The position numbers were made by a program, and so were the translations under genes. 64,000 nucleotides of DNA from assembly GCF_964204645.1 (NCBI RefSeq), contig NC_134032.1, forward strand, positions 12,512,275 through 12,576,274, in the 5' to 3' direction. Below are positions 36,301-48,576 of this stretch, piece by piece (positions within the stretch are counted from its first letter, which is position 1; the number at the start of each line of letters is the position of its first letter). The DNA is from Tubulanus polymorphus. Taxonomy: Eukaryota; Animalia; Nemertea. The notes beneath the pieces were generated by a model. That model saw nothing but the letters and a program-made list of their open reading frames with translations. It did not search any database and had not been told where the DNA came from.

Positions 36301-39300
36301 GGATAAAAAAGTGATGCAGACGCTTCCTTTCAAACTTCTTAAAAACCCCTTGCATGCAGCAATGAATGATCTTTAGGGACCTTGCTTTACTGAACTTCGC
36401 TTATTCTCTGTACATAACCCGTATAAAAGATTATTCTACTAAATCATACCTGCAATCAATCGTTACAGAGGTGCCGAGAATTACAGCTCCAGTTGCCAAC
36501 CCGATTACTGAAATACAACAGCCGGTTAAATCCGTGGAAGAGGTTTTCATGGAGCATAAAAACAAAGGAGCTGAACACGTGAAAAAGGTCGGTAACCCAG
36601 GTGTTGTCTTATAATTGAGTCTAAAAGGCTGGGCTCAGTCTCACACACCGGGTATCATAGTTAGTCCTAGATTTTTCAATACAAGTGCAACCGCTATAGT
36701 ACAATGAGAAACCACGGTAATAACTGACAAATTTCTAAGTTTTCCTGGTGAAAACTTATTTAAAAGCTCCCTAGGGCGCAGGGAATTTCTTTGCAGTGTT
36801 GTAAATTTCAGAAGTTGTTGATATTTCTTGCAGAGTGAGTTTGATCAGGCTGCAGACTGTTATACCGAATGTATTCACTTGTTTCCACGAAGAGCCGTCA
36901 GTTTCACTAACCGCGCCCTGTGTTACCTACGAACTAATAAGGTACGTTTTGATATCCAAATTCACGAAATCCAAAATGAGTTTAGACTGCTCATGAGTTG
37001 TTAGATTAGCTATAATAGAACTAAGCTGATTCTAGACTATGCGACTGGATTTGAACCTATGATTCTTTGGATTTATGCGAGACCAGTGAGAGAGAAATGT
37101 CTTACCAATCATTCTCTTATAACACCAAAATAATTGCCTATGTCATATGATGAATTATATGTGTTTTGTAGCCTGATCTAGTGGTCGCCGACTGTGATAG
37201 AGCTTTGGAACTCGAACCTGAAAATGTGAAAGCTTACTTCAGGAGAGCGCAGGCTAAAAAGGTAAGATACAAGTACTTAATGTTTTGTCAAGAGGATACT
37301 CAATATCCGCGTAAGATGAATATACATGAGAAATCCCACAATAAATCAACCCCAAAGATGTTCTTTAGTAAAAGGTATATTAGTGAGAGAAGTCTAGCCT
37401 TTTACTTGAGAACTTTACATCTTTGGTTGAATTATCGTGGAATTTCTCTTATATACCAGTACTTTTTGCAGATTTTTGCTTGAGACTGTGTTCAAGTTAA
37501 ACCTCCCACACTCAACTGTAGAACTGGCAACTAACTCGACAATACTATGTTTATTTCTTTCTTGTAGATGTTGAAAGACTATTTGTCGAGTTTAAACGAT
37601 CTTACGAAACTGTTGAAAATCGATCCGAAAAATGCCCCCGCCAAAACTGAACTAGCAAACGTCAAAACACTGTACAAACAGGTAAGCAGTCAACGCAGGG
37701 GAGAAGAATAAGAAATATATCCTATTCTTTACAGGGAAAAGTTGGTGAATTTTGTTGAGATTGCTAGATCATGTGTATAATCAAACAGTTTTCATCTATG
37801 TCTTACATATTTGACTGTATTAATCGATTGAATTCTTAGTGGAACAAGTCAGGAAGAACAACAAGTCAGGAAAAACAATGTGCATGTCAGGGAAAAGTCA
37901 GATTAAAATAGCCTCCCTGTCTGTCCTTGCTTATGCATTTGACAGATTACAACCAACTGTTGATATAGCCCGAGTGTGGTACTGACTGAGGCCATTTAAG
38001 AAATATTCCATAGCGTTTTACCAGTTCCAGTCGTGTGTTGAAATTTTCGTTTTCTCATTAAACATAGGAACTAGACACAATGCAAACGAAGAATCAGTCA
38101 AACGCTCCACAAACTGCCAAAAAAATGGAGTCGAAACCACAGTTGAAACCACAGTCGAAGCCAGTCGATAAACCGAGGAAAAGAGTGATTATAGAGGAGG
38201 TTAATGATGATGATGAGGATGAAAAGAAAGATGTTGAAAATGGTAAATATTGATTTCATTGCATTGTCCTCTTGCACACAAGTGCCACCTGGTGGATTTT
38301 CACTTCCAACAGTGGAATCATCGCTCTCCGCTGGAGTTGATGTCTTACTTCAAACTAGCGACGCCTGGTGGATCCTCACTTGTCTCGAGTGGAATCCTCT
38401 ATTGCTAGAGCAGTTGATATTCTACTGAACACTAGCGACACCTACCTTCATTTGCATAATCGATTGTGTTTTTCATTTAGAAAAATCAGAAAAGTCGAAA
38501 GACGATAAAAAACCGCCTGCGTCAAATAAGCAGAAGCAGACGTCGAAATCACCTCCACCAGACGACGTCAGTAAATCAGCGAAGAATACTTCCAAAACAC
38601 AGACTAAAACTTTGAATGAGAAAGAGACGAAATCAACAAAGCCTAAGATTGACGACAGTAAAACTGAACAGAAATCGACGGAAAAGGGAAATCAACAGGC
38701 AAACACGACGAAGGCCGAGGTGAAAATTGCTGAAAGCGAAAAATCCGCTGACAAATCAGAAACCATGACAACAACCGCTACTACTACTGCCCCGTTGTCA
38801 AAATCTGCGAAAAAACGAATGAAGAAAAAAGGTAGAAAGATAAGAAAGATAAGGGGGAGGGAGCAAGGAACAAGGACTCAGTTCCACGGTTCTGAATTAG
38901 AACTTCAATCTGAGCTCGAAGCAGATGAATTTGATGGTTTAGATTATTTTAGGTTTTGAGAATTAGTTCACAATCATTGATGAGGAAATTGTAACATACT
39001 CAATCTCCCGTTTCAGCTGCGGCAGCTGCAGCTGCGAACGATGCGAAGCCAGCAGCGCCCTCTGTACCACAGTTGACTAAGATGACTCCGTACGAGTTTA
39101 TGCAGGCGTGGAATTCGTTGAAGTCATCTGCGAGCGTCGAGCAATATTCAGCTTTATTGGATCAGATACAGCCGACCGATTTAGCGAAATGTAAGAAAAT
39201 AAATTGAAATTTTCAATCAATTATCTAAACTTAAGCAGATATTGCCTACTGCCTAAAACCTGCATCCCTTCAGGTACTATATCAACATTCGTCCAACTTT

Positions 39301-40327
39301 TGATTGTCCAGGCTTCACTTGTAGAAACATTTTTAATTGAATATGTACTACAAACACGAGACATAAGCCATTTTATCAGCACACTTTCAAAAACTGATAA
39401 TCTACACTTCACATGTGTTCAAGACTTAGGACATTTCTAACTGAAAATAAACTGCAAACATTAGACATTTTATCAGCATACTTTCAAAAAGTGATTCTTA
39501 GGGGTCTGAAGGAGTGGTTAAAGCTACAGATGCATCAAATGTTATGATTATGTTTGGTTTCGTTTTTCCAGTATTGAGTAATAAGCTGGATGGTGATATG
39601 TTGTCTATGATTATCAAATCTATCCATCAACAAACGAACAAAGGTAATTCAAATAGTTATTATCCCCAAATCAAATAATCTGTAATATATTCTATTATAA
39701 GACGTAGTGATCACTTACCTGGAAATCTGGGAAAAGTCAGGGAATTTTCTTTTCTTTAAGAAAGTCAGGGAATATTGTAAAATAGCTTAAAATTAAGGCA
39801 AAGTCTGGTAAATGTGTTGAGGCGTATAAGGGATCATTCATTTATTTTAGTTTTAGGGGAGGGGGAGGGGTAAGTGCAATTGCGTACTGTAATGCTTAAT
39901 GTATATGAAAAAATGACTGATTTAGCGTACAGGGGGAGCTGAAAAAGTGAAATATTATGCGTACGTAATAAATGAATGATCCCTAATCAAAACAGTTTCC
40001 ATCTATGTTTTACATATTTGACTGTGTTACTTGATAGGAATCTTAGCAGATCGAGTCAGGGAAAACAACGTGCATGTCAGGGAAAATGCGAGTCAAAATA
40101 AAAGCGGTCATCCTGTTGAATTGATTCTAATTAGTTGAATGGATCTATTTTCAGATGTCCAGCGTACATATGAACTGTTGTCGAATCTAACGAAGGTCGC
40201 ACGGTTCCCGATGGTGTCGATGTTCATGGCCGACGACGATAAGAAACGAGTGCGTGAAATCACGTCGAAACTTCCCTCGAAATACGACTCGGTATCGCTG
40301 AAAAAAACCTACGGACTGAAAGTGTGA
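24314..40327 (+). CDS. SPAG1: Sperm-associated antigen 1 (TPR co-chaperone, dynein assembly factor), 21 coding exons, ~1186 aa
   Basis: Phase-consistent exons: 24314-24444, 25340-25499, 26228-26338, 30799-30881, 31186-31304, 32368-32526, 33261-33445, 33630-33758, 33884-34598, 35113-35290, 35542-35622, 35815-35948, 36469-36587, 36834-36941, 37172-37261, 37568-37681, 38068-38242, 38481-38831, 39017-39190, 39572-39643, 40155-40327. SPAG1-specific N-terminus YDIPLSHLDFKYIEDCSDVKELEKILKCLRSREEGFYPDL; PRDYREWDK; three TPR clusters; C-terminal RPAP3_C-like TPYEFMQAW...LSNKLDGDML...ARFPMVSMFM. Confidence 0.95.
24653..25245. mobile_element. Cluster of adjacent or nested Harbinger-like MITEs in a SPAG1 intron
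   Basis: ggacccagttccacagtt...aactgtggaactg(g/t)gtc copies at 24653-24761 (CAG TSD), ~24981-25050 and ~25053-25245. Confidence 0.75.
26940..28037 (-). CDS. Intronless class A GPCR (FMRFamide-receptor/Srw chemoreceptor-like), copy 1, 365 aa
   Basis: Seven hydrophobic segments; GIVLN (TM1), LAIYD (TM2), ISLERL..LFPLK (TM3/ICL2), DSCMNFVVYCLSNSKFR (TM7/H8). First ATG is at 28037; the ORF track start at 28067 is TTG. Confidence 0.9.
   Translation of the reverse strand: MMSDSNTTVLSKPVYNGVCDWARANLTIRVEYEISVYMYIFFYGPVTISGIVLNIMTITVLKKMNKDVYYLLKILAIYDISYTSSVFVMYPLRTVHLYVHLGDTILRMDDWYFGHEFIKVAIGPFYMFQLTRNWCVILISLERLIITLFPLKSRLFWTRKVVNYIIFLLTVFSFFCFFPSFIPNQALVLQHCDYYSPTFGQGREFPFFGPIFGQWKSRMEGWQGTVINIITPMIALIAINVILIMALIGIKFSRIGISRSAIKNQTSNTLELRALRMSFALVAVFIGCETLLFIERMQRAGFYGIPVTPIGNLNKYETRMIQRKIAIGLTVVDSCMNFVVYCLSNSKFRLSVVQLTTQKCKPCHP
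28919..30016 (-). CDS. Intronless class A GPCR, tandem copy 2, 365 aa
   Basis: Same motifs as copy 1; 30 substitutions in 365 aa by manual count (~92% identity), no indels; ATG at 30016. Confidence 0.88.
   Translation of the reverse strand: MMSDSNTTVLSKPVYNGVCDWARANLPIRVEYEISVYMYIFFYGPVTISGIVLNIMTITVLKKMNKDIYYLLKVLAIYDISYTSSVFVMYPLRTVHLYIHLGDTILRMDDWHFGHEFIKVAIGPFYMFQLTRNWCVILISFERLVITLFPLKSRIFWTRKVVNCVVFFLTVFSFFCFFPSFIPNQALVLQRCIHYSPTFGQGKNFPFFDPIFGQWKSRMEGWQGTVINIITPMIVLIAVNVILMMALIGIKFSRIGKSRSTIKNQTSNTLELRALRMSFALDAVFVGCESLIFIERMQHAGFYGIPVTPIGNLNKYETGMIQRKIAIGLTVVDSCMNFVVYCLSNSKFRLSVVQLTTQKCKPCHT
32622..32949. mobile_element. 328-bp MITE with 37-bp TIRs and 9-bp TSD (Mutator-like)
   Basis: TIR catcctccc(t/c)cggcagg(a/g)atttgaacctgatggcatcg; TSD gttgaaaat 32613-32621 / gttgaagat 32950-32958. 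It interrupts an older repeat also seen at ~39320-39495. Confidence 0.85.
38268..38445 (+). repeat. Short array (2+ units) of the 13.5-kb minisatellite family
   Basis: gtgccacctggtggattttcactt..., gacgcctggtggatcctcacttgtctcgagtggaatcc. Confidence 0.8.
39830..39983. mobile_element. Tourist/Harbinger-like MITE
   Basis: TIR gggatcattcatttatt...aataaatgaatgatccc with TAA TSD. Confidence 0.85.
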
Positions 40328-40329
40328 TG

Positions 40330-40552
40330 ACAACGCCGCCTAGCGTGTGTTTGCGTGTGCGTGTGTGGAAAGGTTTCACTACGGCGCCATCTATGAGCAG
40401 TATCGAATATGATCACGAACCACCACCTAGTGCGTATGTACGAAAGCTTTCTTACAGCGCCATCTATGGACTGGATCTTGTGTTAAATGTGATTGTAGTG
40501 CCGCCTAGTGTGTATTGAGGAAAGCTTTACTACAGCAGTGCCATCTATGAGC
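40330..40552. repeat. Three degenerate ~80-85 bp units directly after the SPAG1 stop codon
   Basis: Each unit has cc(g/a)cctag(c/t)g...aaag(c/g)ttt...gccatctatg. Confidence 0.75.
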
Positions 40553-43103
40553 AGAAAATTGTAAAATCGATCCATGTGTAGCTAATCATAACACCCTGGG
40601 TGGCAGTTAAGCCGATGTATGGGATTTATTTATTTGAAAAATTCGACAAAGCAAACCTTGATTTTCGTTAAGATCGAAATGACTTGTTTGAATTCCTGTA
40701 GAAACAGCTGATGTACATATAAAGAGGGAACCACCAGGGATCGCTTTTATTGGCTGGCTAACGAAGTTAACTCGAGGATTAAATCAAGTCTTGTTGTAGC
40801 TAAATACTGTGGTATTTACCCCTAGGAAATCGGCTCTCCTGAATGTTATTTTTGTCAAGAGATATTCTGTATTATTTATGTTTTTGCATCTAAAAATAAG
40901 TGAAACATTTTGCTTGATTTGGTGAAACTTGTGATAATTTTGCATCGACCAATCGCAGCTCTGTGTGAACGTTTGAACGGTTTTGATTGGATATTTCAAC
41001 CGGTCATCACTGAATACGTGATCGTTCTATGAATTGACCAATCACAGCTGTAACAGCGAATCATTGAATAGTTCTGATATGTCGATATTTCGACCAATTA
41101 TGGGGTACCCGCAGTGTTACTGTGGCGATCGAGGATTCCACCTATGGCAGGTGAGGATCCGCCAGGTGTCGCTGGTAGATAGTTGTTCGTCTGCGTCAAA
41201 ATTCTTCTACTTTTCAATTAAACCTGAATGAACTTTTCTCTTAAATGAATCAATTATTTATGAAAAGTTCTGAATGAAAGTATTGTATATTTGGTGGTTG
41301 CTGTGATTATATATGGATTTGGGAGTCTAAAAAATTCGGTTCAAAGTTCATTGAAAATGAACTAATTTTGACAACAGATGACCTGCTATCTGGTGGGTTA
41401 GCTGGTTATGCGAGTTCCCCATTTATAGTGTCTGTAATTTGGACCAGTTCTGATTGGTGAATGTTTGGACCAATCGCATCGCTCTCTCTCTGTGATTGCT
41501 CCATGACTGAACTTTTTGAACAGTTCTAATTGGTCAATAATCAGACTGTGTTTATATATACATAGATAAGTGTGATATTTCAATGTGCTAGTTTGTTTCA
41601 CCCCTTTACCTCCTAACCCCGGTGGTTAATTCTTGCACTCGTGGCCCATTAAATATATATGTATTATTTAATGAAAATCGTACCAATAATAAAAATACAA
41701 ATTTTGATCATTTGCTAGACTGATTATCTTATTTTGTTCCTTTGGCGTTTTCGCAGATAACGATTAGAGCACAGTGTGGATCATATGGAATATCTTCTGT
41801 CGCAGCTCTGGTAACAGCACCCTAGTGACGTTATCACCAAAAAACTTCCACCGAACCCTTTATTATATTTTCTCAGTTAAATTACGACCTAACCATGGCC
41901 ATTAGTTTGAATACAGGCCCGCCGCTCAAGTCAGATCTTGACCATCAAGTGCTGCTTCTATCAATTCCGTAAGCGGTGAAGACGTGAACTAACTCCGTGG
42001 AGCAATATGCCTCCTATGGCATGCGAGTAAAATGTTAGTTCACACGTTTACCGTCAACGTTATGTACAGGGGCAGCACTGGATGGGTAAGATTTTTTTAC
42101 AAAGGCTCGAGTGCCTACTGTGGCATGCGACTAATACAGACATTAAAAAAAAAAACTTGACCACTACTATGTACAATTTGATCGGCGCTCGGACATTTCA
42201 CTTTCACGCACATCTCATTTAGTTAAGAACGTATCGATTCAAAGCAAAACGTAACACTTACCAGTCAAGGACTGTTTCTTGTCCGGGGACGGGTTTCACC
42301 GTATTACAGTTCAAAGACGCTGGCGCCTGACAGCGAGTCATCAAGATTAAAAAGTGACAAAATGTGGCGTTTAGTTGTAACATTGTATATATTTGCCCGT
42401 ATAAATACAATATATATATGAAACAAGTGAGAAATGCGCGGCTGCAAAAACTACCAGCTCGGGATTATTATTTAGCGAAGGAGAAACGGCGACAGTTTTG
42501 GGTGGAAATTACATGATCTATCGGTTTGTGGTCGGGGGAGGAGGGGGTAGGTCTATAAAATCTACTCATTTTTCTACGCGTCTACAGCTATGGCAAGGTT
42601 TGATACACGCGGTCAAGCGAAACATTTTTACTAGTGCTCTGGCAGAGAAAGATAACTATACTAAAAACCGCTACTAAGTCGGGGCCAAGACCTTTCGAAG
42701 AATCCGAATTTTTGATTAAGTTGTTTGTTTGCAGCGACCTTTTCACGAAACCGGGACACATTTTTATACAGCTTTATGTTGTTGGAATTTGAATTGCATT
42801 TTGTGTTGAGACCGACGACGGGTGCGCATCCCAGGTCCTCTCAACGGCCTCCCAGAGAAATGAGGGCAAAGAAAGTGCAACCATTGGGTAATTGCGGCGC
42901 TTTGGCAGTTACAGATAGATTTACTGATAATTGAAACAATTACATCTTAAATAAGATTTGGTTGACTTTATAGTAAATTGCAATCATGGCACTTTTACAT
43001 TTTACCCCGCCTTCCGGAAGACTGGGTGACCGCTGCACCCTGGACCGGGAAGACACGTGAAGGCACCCCTGGATCTAGATTCGCGCCTTGCTGGTGGAGA
43101 AAA

Positions 43104-46100
43104 TCAATGATGCACCAAATCGTGCATTAAATTCATATCGTCCATATCGCACTGGTACACATCGATTTTACTGCCCTTTTTACGACAACAGTATCGTTTG
43201 AATCGCCTGCCGTCAGCTTCTCGCTGAGGTTCGTTTTTTAAACCGTCCGCTTTCGGGGAATACAGCGCTTTGTCCAGTTCCTCGTAGTCGGTGGGACAGT
43301 AATATTCGGGCGCGCACGTACACTGGAAGTTGTATTCGGTGGTTCTATCGGCCGGGTCTATGTAACGTTTGACGCAGTAGCGCTCCGATGGGGTACATTT
43401 TCTCTGAAATATTGTGAACATTTAAATTTATATCATGAAATGTGCGGGGAAAAACTATATTTTCATCCATCGTGGCAAGTTTTGCAATTTTTTTGTGGGG
43501 TCGCCAGGCCCGTAGTATAGGCCAGTTTGAAGTTCCGTTCGTTTTTTACTTTTGAAAAGTTATCAAGCTGAAACGTATACGCTTACAGCTATTACAATCA
43601 TATATCATATTTGTTGATATGATTCATTTACACCTTCTATCAACGGGAATCGGCCTAGAGACACACGGGCATTTCAAAACACTTTCCTGTGGATGGTCCT
43701 TATATAGGCCCCATTCATTCAATTCCAACCCGATTGAAAACTAATTCCTAACGCCACGGGTCTCGATACCCCATTCAGGTCCAATTTATTGCTGATAGAC
43801 GATGGATCTACTAGAGCAAGGTCTTGTGTACGACCTAGTATCGATACCACCAGGTTCAATGGACACTCTTTATACTTACATGCGTACAGGAATAAGAATA
43901 GACCCATTTTCCGCCTACTTTTTTCCACCATTTCAATCGATATGGTTGGCGTTCTCCGGTATTCGGGTCGACCGGGCACTCGCACCGTTTCAATTTCAAT
44001 CGCGGGTTCCACTTTTGTATATCGGTTTCTAGTTGAATAGCGATTTCATCACCTTCTACACATGTTCGCATCTCTTCTAACGGTTTACAGAATTTATACT
44101 GAACCATCCAATCACCTGCGAGAGATTTGAAATTCGAAATGAAAAATAGGCAAGGGATGATCCACCAGGTCGCTTTGTGCAGTAGGACATCAACTACTGT
44201 GGCAATTAGATGATTCCACTTGTGGTAAGTGAGGATCCACCAGGTGTGCTAGTGTGCGGTGGGACAACAGCTACTACTGCAAAAGAGGATTCTACTTGAG
44301 GCAACTGAGCATTCCACCTCTGGCAAGTGAAGATTCGCCAGGTGCGCTAGTGTGCACACGGACATCTGCGCTTCTACATTTCGAGGCCATCTGGCGCTAC
44401 GAGCAATCACGTCTGGAGGCAGAGCTGGATAAACACGTGAAGTACGCAGCTACCAGATTCTAGGAGTTAACATACTTTTTTCATGATGAACCCAGGTCAT
44501 AGATTTCGAATCTTTGCTATCCCAGGAGATATGGGTGCAGGCAGGACAGTTACAGTACGGTATCTCTTCTAAGGTTTCTCCTCGTGGTAATTTCATTATT
44601 GTTTGACAGACGACTTGGTAATTATCGTCGCATTTCGGTTTCTAAAACGAAAGAAAACGAACATAAGTAAAACAACAACTAAGTTGAAAGTTTATTGACG
44701 CCTTGAAAAATATGTCGACAATTGCGAATTCAGTATGATATGAATCATAATATTAAGGATCAATAATAAATGAATTGAATTGACCGGTAACCAGTCTAGC
44801 CACGATGTATTGATGACGTAGTGCTAAATCTTCTCAGAAATAATTATCAAAATTTATCAGATGTGAAATAATATGTATCTCATTACGAAATAAACTTCAC
44901 AATTGTAATTGTTATTTTGAAACGCTGATATTGATGACGCCGTGCACATCGACTCGTACAGAACCTCTCAAATAACGCATGTGACTAAAAGAGTTATCCA
45001 CTGTTATTTAAACGGTTTTCGCAACATTACTTTCAAAAAAGGAATACGTTGCTTTGGTTTCAAACGAGCATGCATCAAATTTTGGTTGGTCGCTGTCTTG
45101 TATTTTTAAATGTAAGAAAATGTCTTATTTCCATGCCTTTGCCGCCCCCCCCCACCCCCATTCACGAGACTCTGACCACGCAGTAAATAACGCATTCCCT
45201 GCACGACACCCGATGCACAGCCTATAATTGACAGATGCAAACTCCGGCTCTGTTAGGTATCAATAATGTTATTAGAGATCTACTCTCGGATGCAGTTGCC
45301 TGGCAACGGATTTTATGATATGATCAGGAGTGAGAGCAGGAAGATTATGGAATGTATCTAAGCGTAACAGCTCATGCGGGACGCGACTCGTTCCAATAAG
45401 TCATACATTCGACTCTATTCGTTCTCGTAATGACTTGTCGTGTCATATTTCTACGAACACACGTACCCCATAGATTCGTCTTTATATTAGAATATATCGT
45501 CTGGCCGAACGAACGGCCGTTATTTTCAAATATTTTACACGCGCCGTCTGGGAATACAAGACTGTTTATTTCCAAATATGTGGCATCGTTTCGAAATCTA
45601 CATACGTAGGTGACCGCCATTATTTTCAAAAAAAAGAATAGAGATGAACCGTTGAAGATGGATATTATTCGAAACGACGGTTAAACAAGATTTTACTTGT
45701 TGTTCGCTGAAATTGTCACGTTTTTATGTATACAGTTAGATAATCAATAGCCGTTATTTTCGAATATTTCCCCGATCTACGCGAATAGCGCTTCGGGAAT
45801 TATTATTCACCGTTATTTTCCGATATCTGACACCCCATTAGCGTAATCGTCTGGCAACGAATGACCGTTATTTTCAAACGTGTCGACGTTTCTTTTCATT
45901 CACAATTATTCCTATTTACCTTATAAATACAAACACAAACGTCACCAGAGCAACATCACATAATAACGTTCATATAAAGGATTTTCGATGATTCAGTAAA
46001 GGTGTAATGATGTTTACGTAATGTTTTCGATATGATATGATGTTCGTTGGTCTCCGCCAAGTACCTGGGTCGACTGGCCGTCAATTACTTTACTCCAGTC

Positions 46101-46645
46101 AGACTTAAGTTTATGTTTATATACCATTATTAATGGTTCACCAAGAATCTTATTGTCTGATGTACCACTCTCTTGGTTACACAGGATCGTAGAGCAACGT
46201 AGAGTAGATACACTGTGGAGACAGCCACACTGCCAGGACTGGGTGAATATTAATGGATGACTGTGAAAATACTCCTGTTCGGTTTAAACAAACTGGATTC
46301 ATCTTATGCCCGACGCACACGACGCAAGGAAACACGGAGAATCAAACATGTTTGAACTCGGAAACATCGTTTCCCGGAACCATACACATGACAGGAAAAC
46401 GCTGCGTCTCCTGTTTCCGTCTCTGTTTCCTGTTTCCGTGTTTCTGGCGTCGTATGCGTTGTGCTTTACGCCTATCCACCCTTACCCGCTTATCATTTTG
46501 AAAAGAAATTACTTACCTCTTTGATATTATAAGCCAGCGCTTCTTTTATTGCTAGATTCACTAGAATCAATGTTACCAGGACCGGTTTCAACTGTTCGAT
46601 ACCGGCTGAAAGTGCTACCCGGGTCGCAGCCATATCAACCCTCAT
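43104..46645 (-). CDS. Secreted Argos/giant-lens-like (scoloptoxin-11-like) cysteine-rich protein, 4 exons, ~276 aa
   Basis: Phase-consistent exons 46645-46517 (signal-like VLVTLILVNLAIKEALA), 44641-44476 (KPKCDDNYQVVC...YCNCPAC..WDSKD), 44115-43880 (QYKFCKPLEEMRTC...RCECP...YSYSC), 43403-43104 (RKC....YC...QCTCAPEYYCP...RYCC...QC). The 6-4-6 cysteine layout and YKFCKP motif match my recollection of Drosophila Argos (YKMCQP). Confidence 0.8.
44150..44370 (-). repeat. Reverse-oriented ~3-unit array of the 13.5-kb minisatellite family
   Basis: atccaccaggt..., gtgcagtaggacatcaactact, aagtgaggatccaccaggtgtgctagtgtgc. Confidence 0.85.
46307..46465. mobile_element. MITE with TTA TSD
   Basis: Inverted ends gcccgacgcacacgacgcaaggaaacacgga / tccgtgtttctggcgtcgtatgcgttgtgc. 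Confidence 0.7.
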
Positions 46646-48576
46646 CCCACCGGGAGATGCCCTTAAAATCCTCTCTCCGTATCCGATGATAAAATGTTTA
46701 CTATAAGATTGATTTATTCAAACACTTCCATTGACAAGAAAGGCAGTCATAGTATCGGGTCGAACCGACATGAGAACCAGCAGGCCTGTGCGTTAGCGAG
46801 GAGATACTGGCGGTGAATGCTGCAGTGATACGCGGGAGGGATGATGCTGATGTCGCGCTGATGATAAGCGACCAATCGATATATACTCTACTCCCTCAGT
46901 GTGATGGTGACAAGGTTTCTCAAAATCTCAGGTCGCCATCTCGCGGTACAGATCTAGAAATTCATTCAGATTTACTCTCAAAATCTCAGAAGAGGAATAT
47001 TCTGAGCGAATATTCGAAGATTTGAGATTTTCTGATAATTCTCAAATGTGACCAACTTACCAAATCATGGAAGGATTTAGGATGAAAGGGCCATTTGCAG
47101 TAGGACCTTAGATTCAACACCGGTCTAAGCTCAGTTTGATGCAATAGGTTATCTAGCAACGAAAATCAAAGCTTATTTTGGTTTATGACCAATGTAACAG
47201 TTTGAGACCAATCTAAGCTCACTTTGATCTCATAGCTTAAATAACAATTTTCTTTAAGTCAAAGCTCATCTTGGTTTACGACCAAGCTAACAATTTAAGA
47301 CCAGTCTAAGCTCATTTTGATTCTGCATGTATAACTAATCTAACCACTGAAGTCAAAGCTTATTTTGGTTCTATCACCAATCTATCGCAACTGCGCAACT
47401 GGGTCCAGCATTCTTAAAATGAAAAAATTATCGACTTTTCGAACCAAACGCGAATGAGAATTAATCAAAGCCAAAGAATTGCATTTAATAAGAACAAATA
47501 TGCGAAGGCTCTCTTTAACCAGCAATATTCTCTTTGTCACTTCACAGAATGAACTAAACGAAGAATTCACGCGGATTTTCATCTAATAATCGCGATAATT
47601 TCAGATTTATTTCATGTCAAACAATATATAATTAAATCTATCGTTTTATTTACAAAAGTATCTCGAGGAATAAAACATAATAAAAACACTGAATTATTGA
47701 TTTACATATTGAAATAATTTAACTGACATTCTTATGTTTATATATACATGACGTGACATTAACAACTTCGAACTACAACCCTTCCATAAAGACTGCTACT
47801 TCTCAAATCCATCTATGACAACATCAAATTGCCTACGAGCCCTTTAATTCACAGAACGACTCAAGTTAAGACAAGTGAAGTCATTTGATACGCAACTGAC
47901 ACTCCTAGATGACAATCTATAATAGTAGTTAGGCGATTTGATAATGTCATAGTAGGATTTAGACGGCAGTGCCATCTTTTGGAAGGTCTACACATCTGCA
48001 CATGCTAGAATTCTAACAGTAAGCAGCCTCATACATGATGTATTTTGCAAATAAATGGTTTTATTGTTTTCATCCGTTAATTTATAAGCGATACACAACA
48101 ATCTATATAATAATATGATTCTTTTTATTCAAATTGTGCATAAATGAACGGAATACGTAAACCACATTTTATGAGTCACAGGAACCTGTTCCAACCACCG
48201 ATAGGTGTCGCTCGCATGGCTACTTTGCGAATGAACATGTGGTCTAATAAGGTAACCTTCTACAAGCCTAACATGGGCACTTAACAAGTAATCGAACTAT
48301 CCATATGCCATTGTTTTTAGGAAGGTGCAGCCCCATTACATACAAGCATTCTGTCCTTTAGCCAAACCCCAGCCGAACCCCAACGAGGTATTAAGAAAGG
48401 TGCTGCCCCCTATTGACCATTTTCAAGTATAATAGTTTTAGAAAAGGTGCACCCCCTTTACATACAAGATGTCGATGATGATTCTGTCCTGTAGCCGGAT
48501 CAGAGGGTGCTGCACTAAGCAGCCAGATCTAGGTACAACATGTATCTAGGAAGGTGCTGTCCCCTACCGCCCCGAT

